From IMG/VR virus record IMGVR_UViG_3300009551_000042: DNA of 64,000 bases. One strand, given 5' to 3'. Each line of letters starts with the position of its first letter. Position 1 is the stretch's first letter. The notes below the pieces were generated by a model. The model made no database searches. It saw only the letters and a program-made list of their open reading frames with translations, and had not been told where the DNA came from. Shown piece by piece: positions 43,799 to 53,655 of this stretch. Origin of the DNA: a virus (Duplodnaviria; Heunggongvirae; Uroviricota; Caudoviricetes). Made by a program: the position numbers and the translations under genes.

Positions 43799-44220
43799 GC
43801 ATTGAAGCAGTCAAGGAAGCCACGGCGAAGCTCAACAAGGCGCGTGAGGAACTGCGCGCAGTCGCCAAGAGCGCACGAGAGCCAATCGCAAAGATGTTCC
43901 AAGAGATCCTCGAACGTCACACCGACGTGAATTGTGTGACTTGGACGCAGTACGCGCCCCACTTCAATGATGGCGACGCCTGCATCTTTCATGTTCACGG
44001 GTTCTGTATTCTCCCGGCCAACGAAGAGCCGCGCAGCAATCAACCGGACTACGATTTTGAAGGCCAACCAGACGGCGTGAGTGAGGAAGCTTACGAGGAA
44101 CTGAGCAGCGCGTTCAGCAACATTGATAACGAAGACTTGCTCAAAGCCGTTTTCGGCGCTGACGCGAAGATCATCATCACGCGCGACGATTGCGAGGTCG
44201 ACTACTGTGACCACGACTGA
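43795..44220 (+). CDS. hypothetical protein (paralog 2, WTQYAPHFNDGDAC)
   Basis: ATGA coupling. Confidence 0.55.
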   Translation: MSIEAVKEATAKLNKAREELRAVAKSAREPIAKMFQEILERHTDVNCVTWTQYAPHFNDGDACIFHVHGFCILPANEEPRSNQPDYDFEGQPDGVSEEAYEELSSAFSNIDNEDLLKAVFGADAKIIITRDDCEVDYCDHD

Positions 44221-44761
44221 AATCCTCCTCGACTGCGACGGCGTTCTAGGCCAGTTCGCCCCGGAGGCCGTCGACTTCTGCAATCTCTACGGCCGTGAGC
44301 CCGGCGCAAAACCCTGGACGATCGACGACGTCACCAACTGGGATATCCTCAAAAACTTCGGCTTGGAACACCTGCAAGATCGACTCGATCAGCACATGAT
44401 CGACACCGACTTTTGCAGGCACATGCCGCTGTATCCAGGCGCTCAGGAATTCGTGGAAGCGCTGCGCGGATTGGGCAACGTGACGATCGTTACGAGCCCT
44501 TACACGGCGGTCCCTAATTGGTGCAGCGCGCGCTATGCCTGGCTCGCGGAACACTTCAACATCGACAAGCGCGATGTGATTTTCGCTAAGAAGAAGTGGA
44601 AAGTCTGGGGCGACTACCTGATCGACGATCAGACCGAGAACTGTATCCAGTTCGAGGCGAAGGCGCCCTACGGATCACCGCTCTGTCTAGCCCGGCCCTG
44701 GAATGAAGACTTCATCGGGCGCTGTTCAAGCTTCGAAGAGATCATCTACGAGATCAGTTGA
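44207..44761 (+). CDS. HAD-superfamily 5'(3')-deoxyribonucleotidase-like
   Basis: Motif I ILLDCDGVL; GTG start proposed. Confidence 0.6.
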   Translation: MTTTEILLDCDGVLGQFAPEAVDFCNLYGREPGAKPWTIDDVTNWDILKNFGLEHLQDRLDQHMIDTDFCRHMPLYPGAQEFVEALRGLGNVTIVTSPYTAVPNWCSARYAWLAEHFNIDKRDVIFAKKKWKVWGDYLIDDQTENCIQFEAKAPYGSPLCLARPWNEDFIGRCSSFEEIIYEIS

Positions 44762-45042
44762 GGGTATTTGTCAGCCTGGTTGCATTCAACCTGGCTGAGG
44801 TCGCGATTCAGAGGGAAGAGGCGCGGGGGATGGTTGAGGCGTGCCTTTGGCGCCTTCTAGCGCTCATTGGCGAAAGGCGACCAAAGCTTGTTGGAGTCTA
44901 CGACGGTGACGCGGGATGCGTTCACGTCGTCTATCGGGTGAGGACGCGCAGTCGTGCGCTGCAATGGCACGCGCTGTCCGCACCATTCGGGGATCTGGAC
45001 CGACGGTTCATTGATGACGCTTGGGGGCAAGAGGAAACATGA
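44758..45042 (+). CDS. hypothetical protein
   Basis: ORF 94 aa. Confidence 0.45.
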   Translation: MRVFVSLVAFNLAEVAIQREEARGMVEACLWRLLALIGERRPKLVGVYDGDAGCVHVVYRVRTRSRALQWHALSAPFGDLDRRFIDDAWGQEET

Positions 45043-46058
45043 CGGATTTTCATGTCGAATGTGTGCGGGTAGGCAAGATCGATAAACACCCGAACGCGGA
45101 CACGCTCGGGATCACGCACGTCGGGGACTACCCGGTGATCGTGAAGCTCGACGACTTCAAAGAGGGCGATCTTGCTGTGTACGTGCCGGTCGATGCGATC
45201 GTGCCGAACAAGCCAGAATGGGCATTTCTTGGCGGACACTTCCGCATCAAGGCCAAGCGCCTACGTGGCGTGTTCTCACAAGGCCTTTTGATGCCGGCGC
45301 CGCTCGGAGTGCTCGAAGGCGAGGACTGCGCTGTGCTGCTGGAGATCGAGAAATACGAGACTCCGGAAGAGAAAGCGGAGCGCTCTGGAGGTGGTCCCAA
45401 CAATCCGCGGCCGCGCGCAGCGGTACCGGCAAGCCTACCGCGTTACACGGACCTGGAGAACGTGCGCCGTTGGCCAAACGCGCTGCGTGAGGGAGAAGAC
45501 GTCGTCATCACCGAAAAGATCGAGGGTGAGAACTGCGGCGTGACTTACGAGCGCTTCCCGTGGTGGAAACGGGCATGGAACTGGTTCTGGTGCGAGCCCA
45601 TGGGGCGCACGATCGTACGCAGCCGCAACCAGCTCAAGACGGAAGGCAAATGGGTTGAGGTCACAGCATCGATCGACTTCGAACAGCTGCCGGATCCGGA
45701 GCGCTATTCGATCTACGGCGAGAGCTACGGCTACACTGCCGGGTTCAACTACGGCAAGCGCAACATCCCGCGCTTCGCGATGTTCGATGCTTGGGATCGC
45801 AAGGAAAAGCGTTGGTGCAACTGGCAAGAGGTGGCTGCGCTCTCATCGTTGCTCGACCTCGACCTAGTTCCCATTCTGCACTGGGGTCCGTGGTCACGCG
45901 ATCTGTTGAATCTCGCTGAGGGTGAATCCGAATGGGATTCGCACGTGCGTGAGGGCTTCGTGGTCCGGCCTGAGAACGAGCGCACCGAGCCCGGATTGGG
46001 TCGCGTGATTCTCAAGTGCAAGGGCGAAGGCTACTTGCTCAGGAAGGAAGCGGCGTGA
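45039..46058 (+). CDS. Rnl2-like ATP-dependent RNA ligase
   Basis: Motif I ITEKIEGENCGV (cf. T4 Rnl2 VTEKIHGTN); GAGGAAA RBS. Confidence 0.7.
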   Translation: MTDFHVECVRVGKIDKHPNADTLGITHVGDYPVIVKLDDFKEGDLAVYVPVDAIVPNKPEWAFLGGHFRIKAKRLRGVFSQGLLMPAPLGVLEGEDCAVLLEIEKYETPEEKAERSGGGPNNPRPRAAVPASLPRYTDLENVRRWPNALREGEDVVITEKIEGENCGVTYERFPWWKRAWNWFWCEPMGRTIVRSRNQLKTEGKWVEVTASIDFEQLPDPERYSIYGESYGYTAGFNYGKRNIPRFAMFDAWDRKEKRWCNWQEVAALSSLLDLDLVPILHWGPWSRDLLNLAEGESEWDSHVREGFVVRPENERTEPGLGRVILKCKGEGYLLRKEAA

Positions 46059-46429
46059 GTTACAACGTTGACCACGTCGAGATCGTAGCCAGCAACCGCT
46101 TTTGCATTCCGCGCGACAGCATTGCGATTCTTCGAAAGCTCGTAACCGACGACGACCTTCCTGAGATCTGCTTTCTGGATGAGATCGACGACGAGCGCTT
46201 TTTCAGCGAGGACACGGAGGAGATTCTCCATCCGAAGCATCTGAGCTGGTGCGGCAGCGGCAGCGGCTGGTCTGTAAAGACGCTCGAAACGCTGCTCTCA
46301 CACTTCAGCGGATCGGTTGACTTGGTTCTTACCTGGGAAGGCGGAGATTCGTTCTCCGGCCTGCGGCTCGTGGACGGGAAGGTGACGCGACACGACGTAT
46401 TGATGTCACTGGGGTCTGAGCGTGGTTGA
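46055..46429 (+). CDS. hypothetical protein
   Basis: AGGAAGGAAG RBS, GTGA coupling. Confidence 0.5.
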   Translation: MSYNVDHVEIVASNRFCIPRDSIAILRKLVTDDDLPEICFLDEIDDERFFSEDTEEILHPKHLSWCGSGSGWSVKTLETLLSHFSGSVDLVLTWEGGDSFSGLRLVDGKVTRHDVLMSLGSERG

Positions 46430-47858
46430 CACGCTTCGCCCGTATCAGATCAACCTTCTAAAGAACATCGAAGCGGGTTGGAACCGTGGCGCCCGCCGCC
46501 AGTTGGCTGTCTTGCCAACTGGCGGCGGTAAGACGGTGGTGGCCTCAGAATTCATCCACCGCGAGCCTGGCTCGGTCCTTTTCGTGGTGCACCGCCGCGA
46601 CCTAGTGCGACAGACGGCGAAGCGCCTGCGCGATCGCTTCGGAGCCTCCGAGGTCGGAGTCGTACTGCCGGGCGCTGACCGTTCGCCATACTCTCGGATC
46701 CAGGTTGGAACAGTTCAGACATTCAACGCGCGTGGCATTCGTCCCGATGCTGCTCTAGCCATCTTCGACGAGGCCCACCACTACGCCGCCGACGATTGGG
46801 CAACGCTCCTCAATCACTACTCCCAGGCGCGCTTACTTGGGCTCACAGCAACGCCGCAGCGTGCCGACGGGAAGCCGCTCAACGATTGCTTTGACGAGCT
46901 TGTTGTCGGTGCTCGCTACTCGGAACTACTGGCTGACGGCTTCTTGGTGCCTTGCGGCATCTTCAGGCCACCGCCCGTGCTCGACGCCGGAGACCTCGCA
47001 AAGGATCCCCTCGCGGCGTGGCAAGAGTACGGCGACGACAGCCAGACATTTGTGTTCTGTGCGAGCGTCGAAGCCGCTGAGGCGCTAGCGCGCCGCTTCT
47101 GTGAGGCGGGTGTACCTGCTAAGTGCATTGAAGCCAACACCCCAAAGGGTGAGCGCGATCAGGCAATCGCGGCGTTCGAGCGCGGCGAACTCAAAGTCAT
47201 CACCAATGTGAACACGATGACCGAGGGGATCGACGTGCCGCAAGCGCGGTGCGTAATTCTGGCTCGGTCGTTCAATCATCTTGGCGCCTACCTGCAAGCA
47301 TGCGGCCGGGTACTACGTCCCCACCCTACCAAGCCACACGCAATCCTGATCGATCTTGTCGGCGCAACGTATACGCACCTCTCGCCTACGATCGATCGCG
47401 ACTACTCGCTAGACGGCGAAGGCATCAAGACGCCCGGCGTCGGGCCGATGGCGACGTGCCCCGCGTGCCTGATCAGCTATCCGAGCCGCCCCGGCGGCTG
47501 TCCCGCGTGCGGCCACGTTGCACCGAAGGAAGAGAAACCGCTACCGAAGATCTGGGATCTGCAGCTTGAGGCAGTGTTCGACTTCCAGCACACGCCAGTC
47601 AGCGCGAAGCTGAGTGAGTACAAGCGCCTAAGAGAGATTGGCCGTCAACGCGGCTGGAATCTCTACTTCATTCAGAAAGAGTACAAGAAACTGTTCGGCG
47701 AGCTGCCCGTCATTCACGACGCGACAGAGCAAGAACAGCGCGACATGTTCGAGCGATTCCGCACCACGGCGGAGGAGCGTGGATTCAAGGCCGGATACGT
47801 TGGCGTCCGCTTCAAAGAGATGTTCGGGAAGTGGCCGCCGAGGAGTTGGGCAGCGTGA
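46422..47858 (+). CDS. SF2 DEAH-box helicase with C-terminal zinc ribbon (paralog of 23552-24890)
   Basis: LPTGGGKT, FDEAHH, CPACLISYPSRPGGCPACGH. Confidence 0.75.
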   Translation: MVDTLRPYQINLLKNIEAGWNRGARRQLAVLPTGGGKTVVASEFIHREPGSVLFVVHRRDLVRQTAKRLRDRFGASEVGVVLPGADRSPYSRIQVGTVQTFNARGIRPDAALAIFDEAHHYAADDWATLLNHYSQARLLGLTATPQRADGKPLNDCFDELVVGARYSELLADGFLVPCGIFRPPPVLDAGDLAKDPLAAWQEYGDDSQTFVFCASVEAAEALARRFCEAGVPAKCIEANTPKGERDQAIAAFERGELKVITNVNTMTEGIDVPQARCVILARSFNHLGAYLQACGRVLRPHPTKPHAILIDLVGATYTHLSPTIDRDYSLDGEGIKTPGVGPMATCPACLISYPSRPGGCPACGHVAPKEEKPLPKIWDLQLEAVFDFQHTPVSAKLSEYKRLREIGRQRGWNLYFIQKEYKKLFGELPVIHDATEQEQRDMFERFRTTAEERGFKAGYVGVRFKEMFGKWPPRSWAA

Positions 47859-47929
47859 TCGATATCGCAATCGGCGCCGCGCTGGCGGTCGTCTGTCTCT
47901 GGGTTGGCTCTCGTTACTTCTGAAAGGGA
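47855..47929 (+). CDS. 24-aa TM micro-ORF
   Basis: GTGA coupling to the helicase stop; IDIAIGAALAVVCLWVGSRYF. Confidence 0.25.
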
Positions 47930-47933
47930 AAGC

Positions 47934-48812
47934 ATGGAGAAACTATTCGCAGCCGTTGTTTTAGTACTGTTTTCATTCTTCGGGCTCGTCGGCAGCTGCA
48001 CCAGCGTCAGCACGGGATCGGTTGGCGTGGTGAAGCACTTTGGCGCCGTTCAGCCGTACACTTTGCCCGAGGGAGTTAGCTGGGTTCGCCCTTGGCCGTT
48101 TGCCAGCGTGACCGAGGTCACCACGCAAAACAACACAACCGAGACCGAGGCGGATGCCGCTTCGAAAGACCTGCAGATGGTGAAGACCAAGGTCACTCTG
48201 CAGTGGTCGATCGCGCCGCACATGGCCGCGCTGTTCCTGCAGCGCTTTGGCGATTGTGACGGCTGCTGGGTCGGTCTCATCACGCCCGCTGTTGAGGAGA
48301 CGGTCAAGGCGGTGAGCGCACGCTACACGGCGGAACAGCTTATCACGCAGCGGCATCAGGTGAAGGCTGAGATCGAACAGGGCCTGAACGGGTTTCTCAA
48401 AAAGACGCTGAGTGAGCGAGGTGTCGACGGTGCGATCCATATCGCTAACGTGGCCGTGACGAATTTCGAGTTTTCGCACGACTTCAACGCATCGATCGAG
48501 GCCAAGGTGAAGGCCGAGCAAGACAGTTTGCGCGCGGAGAATGAGAAGCGCACAAAGATCACGCAAGCCGAAGCAAAGGCGCGCGAAGTCACGCTAGCCG
48601 CAGAAGCCACGGCCAAACAAACGACGCTCGCCGCAGACGCGGAAGCCTACGCAACCGAGGTGCAGTCAAAGGCCAAGGCTGGTGCGATCAAGCGCGAAGC
48701 CGACGCGCTCAACGCAAACCCGCAGCTGGTAGAGCTGCGCCGCATCGAGCAATGGAACGGTGTGCTACCTCAGTATCAGGGCGCGGCTGTGCCGTGGTTC
48801 TCAGTCAAATGA
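47934..48812 (+). CDS. SPFH/band-7 (stomatin/prohibitin-like) membrane protein
   Basis: N-terminal TM then SPFH core and long Ala/Glu coiled coil; RBS GGGAAAG. Confidence 0.75.
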   Translation: MEKLFAAVVLVLFSFFGLVGSCTSVSTGSVGVVKHFGAVQPYTLPEGVSWVRPWPFASVTEVTTQNNTTETEADAASKDLQMVKTKVTLQWSIAPHMAALFLQRFGDCDGCWVGLITPAVEETVKAVSARYTAEQLITQRHQVKAEIEQGLNGFLKKTLSERGVDGAIHIANVAVTNFEFSHDFNASIEAKVKAEQDSLRAENEKRTKITQAEAKAREVTLAAEATAKQTTLAADAEAYATEVQSKAKAGAIKREADALNANPQLVELRRIEQWNGVLPQYQGAAVPWFSVK

Positions 48813-49012
48813 CTGACGTGCTTTTCGGCTGGTTCCTGGGCGCAATTATCTCCGGATTTGCCGTGCCCACGATCCTTATGGAGTCGGACTTCAAGGCGCC
48901 AGAAATCGCAGCGCTGGCCATCTTCTGGCCCTTCTCGCTTCTAGCAATGACTTTGATCGGCGTGAGACAGCTGATTCGGCGCTTCTATGACCGAATCAGA
49001 GATTCAGCATGA
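48809..49012 (+). CDS. small membrane protein (NfeD-like partner?)
   Basis: ATGA coupling to the SPFH gene; 2 TM. Confidence 0.45.
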   Translation: MTDVLFGWFLGAIISGFAVPTILMESDFKAPEIAALAIFWPFSLLAMTLIGVRQLIRRFYDRIRDSA

Positions 49013-49337
49013 TATCCGCGTAGCGCTCGGGCAGCTGCCCGATGTGCGCGTGTTCCGAAACAACGTGGGCGTGGCGGATGTACGCGGATCCAAGGTCCGC
49101 TTTGGTCTCGCGAAGGGATCCAGCGACCTGATCGGGTTCATCCGTCACGACTTCAACGGCAAAAAGATCGCCCGGTTCGTGTCACTGGAAGTCAAGACAC
49201 CCACGGGCAAGACGACTGAAGAACAGGATCTCTGGATTGCTGCAATTCGTCGCTTTGGTGGATTCGCCTGCGTCGTGCGCAGCGTTGAAGACGCCCTAGC
49301 AGCCATCGAGCGAGCAAGAAAAGGTGAGTACGAATGA
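48987..49337 (+). CDS. VRR-NUC domain nuclease (PD-(D/E)xK)
   Basis: GSSDLIG...LEVKTPTGK core. Confidence 0.65.
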   Translation: MTESEIQHDIRVALGQLPDVRVFRNNVGVADVRGSKVRFGLAKGSSDLIGFIRHDFNGKKIARFVSLEVKTPTGKTTEEQDLWIAAIRRFGGFACVVRSVEDALAAIERARKGEYE

Positions 49338-49441
49338 CCGCGCTTGTTGTCTGTCTACTGTTTCTCTCGTTCATTCAGAACGAGCCATCTCTGATGGCGT
49401 TCTTTGCGTTCCTGCTGATCTGCCAGGTGCTGAATGACTGA
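49334..49441 (+). CDS. 35-aa TM peptide
   Basis: ATGA coupling; MTALVVCLLFLSF... Confidence 0.35.
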   Translation: MTALVVCLLFLSFIQNEPSLMAFFAFLLICQVLND

Positions 49442-49559
49442 TCGTCAATACACCGGATTCACGCTGTGCCTGTTGCTGCTGGTCTTCTTCGGCGCTGATT
49501 GGTTGGCCTTGCCGCTGTGTGCGGTGGGCAACGCGCTGGATTGGAGCATCAAGGCGTGA
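49435..49559 (+). CDS. 40-aa TM peptide
   Basis: ATGA coupling upstream and GTGA coupling to the primase. Confidence 0.35.
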
Positions 49560-51688
49560 TCACACGCTTTCGTGAGCTGTATGCGACGGAAGCGAAACCG
49601 GACCCGATCGACTGGCAGTCACTCTTCGCTGAGTTCAGCCAGAAGGTACCCTACCGCGGTGATCTTCGTCATCCGGGTTGGAGCCCGGCCGAGTTCGATC
49701 CGCCAAAGCGCAGCCTAGACAACTGCAAGCGCATTCATGCGCTTGTGCTGGACTTCGACAATCAGAGCAAAGGTGGTGACCGTGTAGCGGACCCGGTCAC
49801 CATCGAGTCCATCACCGAAACGCTGCTCGACTATTACGCGCTTATCCATACGACGCGGCACCACACCCGCGATTGGCCCCGCTTCCGCGTTATCCTGCCC
49901 CTAGAGCGCCCGATCGATCGGCTGGGCTATCAGGTGCTCTGGCAGGCTGCGGCGCGCGTGTGGCCCACCCTGGACCCGGCTCCGAAGGATCCGTCACGCT
50001 TTTGGTATACCCCAGGCGTTGCCGATATTGAAGGCGCCGAGTTCGAGGCGCTCACCATCAAAGGCGCGTACCTCAACCCGGATGAATTCAGTAAGCCAAT
50101 CGTCGAGACGAAGCCGCCACCTGCGGCCCCTAGCTCGCTCTTGGAGACCAGAGCCCGCGCGTACCTGGAAAAGATGCCGGCCGCGATCTCTGGTGCCGGC
50201 GGTCACAATGATCTGTGGCGCGCTGCGCGCAAGCTCGTTTGCGATTTCGGTCTCAACGAGCAAGCTGCGTTTCGAATTCTGAAGACAGAGTACAACCCGC
50301 GCTGTCAGCCGCCTTGGTCTGACAAGGAAATCCAGCACAAGGTCCAACAGGCGCTCACGCGCGCGAACGAGCATCACCCGATCCAAGATCGCCCGATGCC
50401 GGGCGCTGTGCCGATGGTGAACCTCGGTGAGTACGAAATCGAAGCCGCTGCTGCGACCGTTGAAATCGTGAAGAACGATGCATGGAAGAAGAACCTTCGG
50501 TACGACAAGAACGGGCAGCTAACCAAAGACGTCGGGAACGTCACGCTCATTCTGAAGAATGAGGCGGGGTTCCGTGACTGCCTTCGCTATGACGAAATGT
50601 CTTACCGCTGCATGTGGTACCGCGAACCATCGTACAGCATCGGGATCGAGCCGCCACAGGCCGGTGAGATGCTTGAGGATCACCATGCGGTGTATGTGCA
50701 GCAGGTTCTAGCGAAGAACTTCGGGCTTTCGGTCAGCGACGCGATGACATGGAAAGCGCTCGAAGCCGCCGCGCACGAAAAGAGCGTCCATCCCGTCAAA
50801 GAGTACCTCTTGCCGCTCATCTGGGACGGCGTGCCACGCCTCTCAACGTGGCTCACGACCTATCTGGGGGCCCCTCAAACCGAATACACGCAAAGCGTGG
50901 GGCGATGGTGGATGATCTCGGCTGTTGCGCGAGCCTTACGCGCTGGCTGTCAGGTGGACCATTGCCTGATTCTCGAAGGCGAGCAGGGCGAAGGCAAATC
51001 GCAAGTCATCAAGGCGCTTTCCGATCCTTGGTACCTCGGATCGCTGCCCGATATTCGGGACCGCGATCGTGCGGCGGACACGATCGGTGGGTCATGGATC
51101 GTCGAGATCGCGGAGCTAGACGCTATCAAGGGCGCGAGCATGACTCGCGTCAAAGAATTCCTCACGCTGCAAAGCGACAAATACCGCGCCGCTTACGCTC
51201 GCTCGCCTGTTACGCGACCCCGCTCGTGCGTGTTCTTCGGAACCACAAATGAAAAAACGTACCTAAGCGATCCAACTGGCGCGCGCCGTTTTTGGCCTGT
51301 TGAGGTCGCTGGACCCATCCACCGTGTCGGCATTGAGCGTGACCGCGATCAGCTTTGGGCTGAGGCCGTTGCTGCCTATCGAGCCGGTGAGAAATGGTAT
51401 CCCGAGAAGCAACACCGGGACATGATCGAGGAGGAGCAATCCGCTCGCTACCTAGAAGACGATTGGACCGGCATCGTTAGGCGCTTCATCAAGACGAACG
51501 GCGCTAGCGATGAAGGGTTCTCGTGTGAGGAAATCATGACGCAAGCGCTCAACATCGAGCCGCGCCTGATGGACCGATCAGCTCAAACGCGCATCGGCGC
51601 GATCCTAACCAAACTGAAGTGCACCAGAAAGCGAGTCCAGATCAATGGAGAACGTGACTACCGATACTTCGCGCCAACTAAACCGTAA
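49556..51688 (+). CDS. D5-like primase-helicase (SF3 NTPase)
   Basis: N-terminal primase-like region; Walker A LEGEQGEGKSQVIKAL, Walker B WIVEIAELD; GTG start at 49556. Confidence 0.7.
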   Translation: MITRFRELYATEAKPDPIDWQSLFAEFSQKVPYRGDLRHPGWSPAEFDPPKRSLDNCKRIHALVLDFDNQSKGGDRVADPVTIESITETLLDYYALIHTTRHHTRDWPRFRVILPLERPIDRLGYQVLWQAAARVWPTLDPAPKDPSRFWYTPGVADIEGAEFEALTIKGAYLNPDEFSKPIVETKPPPAAPSSLLETRARAYLEKMPAAISGAGGHNDLWRAARKLVCDFGLNEQAAFRILKTEYNPRCQPPWSDKEIQHKVQQALTRANEHHPIQDRPMPGAVPMVNLGEYEIEAAAATVEIVKNDAWKKNLRYDKNGQLTKDVGNVTLILKNEAGFRDCLRYDEMSYRCMWYREPSYSIGIEPPQAGEMLEDHHAVYVQQVLAKNFGLSVSDAMTWKALEAAAHEKSVHPVKEYLLPLIWDGVPRLSTWLTTYLGAPQTEYTQSVGRWWMISAVARALRAGCQVDHCLILEGEQGEGKSQVIKALSDPWYLGSLPDIRDRDRAADTIGGSWIVEIAELDAIKGASMTRVKEFLTLQSDKYRAAYARSPVTRPRSCVFFGTTNEKTYLSDPTGARRFWPVEVAGPIHRVGIERDRDQLWAEAVAAYRAGEKWYPEKQHRDMIEEEQSARYLEDDWTGIVRRFIKTNGASDEGFSCEEIMTQALNIEPRLMDRSAQTRIGAILTKLKCTRKRVQINGERDYRYFAPTKP

Positions 51689-51860
51689 GATCGGGGATTG
51701 GGTTGTCGTCACCGCGCCGGGCAAGTGGTTCGGTATGGTTGGCGAGATCATCGATCGAGTTCACGAGAACGTGCGCAGCCGTTTGGACTGGTGGATCGAG
51801 TTCACCGTGGGCCACGAAGGAGCGGGCTTCGCTGAAGATGAGATCATGGTGAAGCCGTGA
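51645..51860 (+). CDS. small KOW-like protein
   Basis: GDWVVVTAPGKWFGMVGEI; overlaps the primase 3' end by 44 nt (alternative ATG 51733). Confidence 0.4.
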   Translation: MENVTTDTSRQLNRKIGDWVVVTAPGKWFGMVGEIIDRVHENVRSRLDWWIEFTVGHEGAGFAEDEIMVKP

Positions 51861-52032
51861 AGGCCCACCGCCTCACAAGCATGACCCGACGCTGTAGCCG
51901 CTTCGCGTATTGCACCACGTGCGGCTTGGTCTCGCTACGAAACCAGGCGAGCGCGAAAGCCACAAAGGCGGAGTGCCGTGGAGAGCGTCCGGTCAAAGCC
52001 TACGTGGTGGGCGATGCAAGCAAGTGCAGGGA

Positions 52033-52302
52033 ATGAGCGACGCCCAAGAATTCAACGAACGCATGGCCGAGTATCGAGCCGCAACCGCGACCAAACAGCC
52101 GCGTGTGATTACCCGTTGCACAAGGCCAGAGGATAACGGCGCGCGCGGTTACTATTGTTCGCGTGAACCAGGGCACACGGGGCCGTGCGCCGCGTATAGC
52201 GCGGTTGACTTCGACCTTGTGGGATTGTTCAGGTCACTAGCAAACGCCGGAGATACCAGGAGCTTCGGCCAATGGCTCGCGCACTGGTGCCGTGAGTCCT
52301 AG
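52033..52302 (+). CDS. hypothetical protein
   Basis: Internal ATG MSDAQEFNER... Confidence 0.45.
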   Translation: MSDAQEFNERMAEYRAATATKQPRVITRCTRPEDNGARGYYCSREPGHTGPCAAYSAVDFDLVGLFRSLANAGDTRSFGQWLAHWCRES

Positions 52303-52503
52303 TCTAGCAGCTAGCTGCACGTAACGATCGTCATCGTAGAACTCTAGCCAGAGGTCGCCGAAGCGTTGCAGCTCTGCTTTTGGGGCTGGCTCAAAAGCTG
52401 TGTGGCCGAACTCACCGCACTTGGAACAAATCCAAGCCCAGCGGCGAACCGCCGTTAGGTACGCTTCGCCCGAGTAGACGGGATCGTGTACGCAGTCAGC
52501 CAC
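52237..52503 (-). CDS. hypothetical protein
   Basis: Coupled to the upstream minus gene. Confidence 0.45.
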   Translation of the reverse strand: MADCVHDPVYSGEAYLTAVRRWAWICSKCGEFGHTAFEPAPKAELQRFGDLWLEFYDDDRYVQLAARLGLTAPVREPLAEAPGISGVC

Positions 52504-52945
52504 GCAACACCAGCCCGAGCATCATCAGGCAACGCGCCGCGACATGCGCGTAAGGGTGCTCGCCCGTGTCCTCGTCGGCCGTTACGCCCTTCATACCGGC
52601 CGCAAGGTGACCGAGCATTTTAGCGATCTGGTGCGGCACGCTCTGGCCCGCCCATTTCGGCCCAGGATGCTTCCCCTGCTGAGCCCATGCGGTGACTCGT
52701 TCGACTGCGTCAAGCGCGTCAGCGAGGCCAATAGCGCGCAGGGTGGGCCAGCGTTCGCTGGGTAGTGGCGGGGTGCCAAGCAGCAGCTGTCCCAGTGCAA
52801 CCCCTAGAGCGCCCGACGCAGGCCGCTCCGCGAAGCATTGCTCACACCCCACCAGTGGCCCCGTGGCATGCACACCGGTTGCCGAATCGATCCAAGCCAA
52901 CCAAGCATCCTTCGACTTGCCGTCAAACGTCTCAGACTCGTTCAT
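52496..52945 (-). CDS. hypothetical protein
   Basis: ORF 149 aa. Confidence 0.55.
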   Translation of the reverse strand: MNESETFDGKSKDAWLAWIDSATGVHATGPLVGCEQCFAERPASGALGVALGQLLLGTPPLPSERWPTLRAIGLADALDAVERVTAWAQQGKHPGPKWAGQSVPHQIAKMLGHLAAGMKGVTADEDTGEHPYAHVAARCLMMLGLVLRG

Positions 52946-53478
52946 AGAACCTCATACGTGAACGGTGGTCTTACACCGGTCGTTTCCTTCGCTGCGCGTT
53001 CGAGCGCTCGCTTGAGGCGCGTGCGTGGTTGCAGTTTCGCCGTTTCACAAAGCGATGTGCGAGCTGGTCCCGCGCCGCTTCCGATCGCCGAGTAGTCTTC
53101 CAGCGTGCGCCAGAAACACAAATCCGACTCCATTACGAACAGGCAACCGGCTACACCTATCATCGCCTGACACTCGTCGATTTCGAATGCGCCTGACTCG
53201 TGCACGTAGCCGTCGTTTATGAGCGACTTGCGGATCTCGTAAGCCAGTTCCACGTTGATCCACTGACCGGGATCCTGGCCTTTGCGAAAGCGCGGAATGT
53301 CGACCACGTATCGCATGAGCGCTTCGAATCTAGCTTTGCCGCAGACGCCGATCAGCACGTCCCCACGTCGGAAGACTTTCGGATCGCGTTGGATCCAAAC
53401 CTCTTCATCGGTGCTGAACGCCGAGTCCCCGCCCATCCAAACGCGGTTCTTGTGAATGAGGCCGACGATTGCGGTCAT
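52942..53478 (-). CDS. Ntn-hydrolase-like (proteasome/HslV-like fold?) protein
   Basis: N-terminal MTAIVGL...GGDS after Met; assignment tentative. Confidence 0.45.
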   Translation of the reverse strand: MTAIVGLIHKNRVWMGGDSAFSTDEEVWIQRDPKVFRRGDVLIGVCGKARFEALMRYVVDIPRFRKGQDPGQWINVELAYEIRKSLINDGYVHESGAFEIDECQAMIGVAGCLFVMESDLCFWRTLEDYSAIGSGAGPARTSLCETAKLQPRTRLKRALERAAKETTGVRPPFTYEVL

Positions 53479-53654
53479 GCGATGTTCGCGCGGTACTCAG
53501 CAAGGAACAGTTCCGACAGGCGCTTGGCAGCATCCTCGTGTGTCTCACCGTACACAGAGCAAATTGGGAACAGAGGCGTTGCGGTCACACCGCCATCGTC
53601 CTCAAGCTCGAACTCGACGACCAACGGGACGACGATAAAACTCTTCTCAGTCAT
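53475..53654 (-). CDS. 59-aa HicB-like (UPF0150-type) small protein
   Basis: MTEKSFIVVPLVVEFELEDDGGVTATPLFPICSVYGETHEDAAKRLSELF; ATGA coupling; below the ORF-track cut-off. Confidence 0.4.
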   Translation of the reverse strand: MTEKSFIVVPLVVEFELEDDGGVTATPLFPICSVYGETHEDAAKRLSELFLAEYRANIA

Positions 53655-53655
53655 A

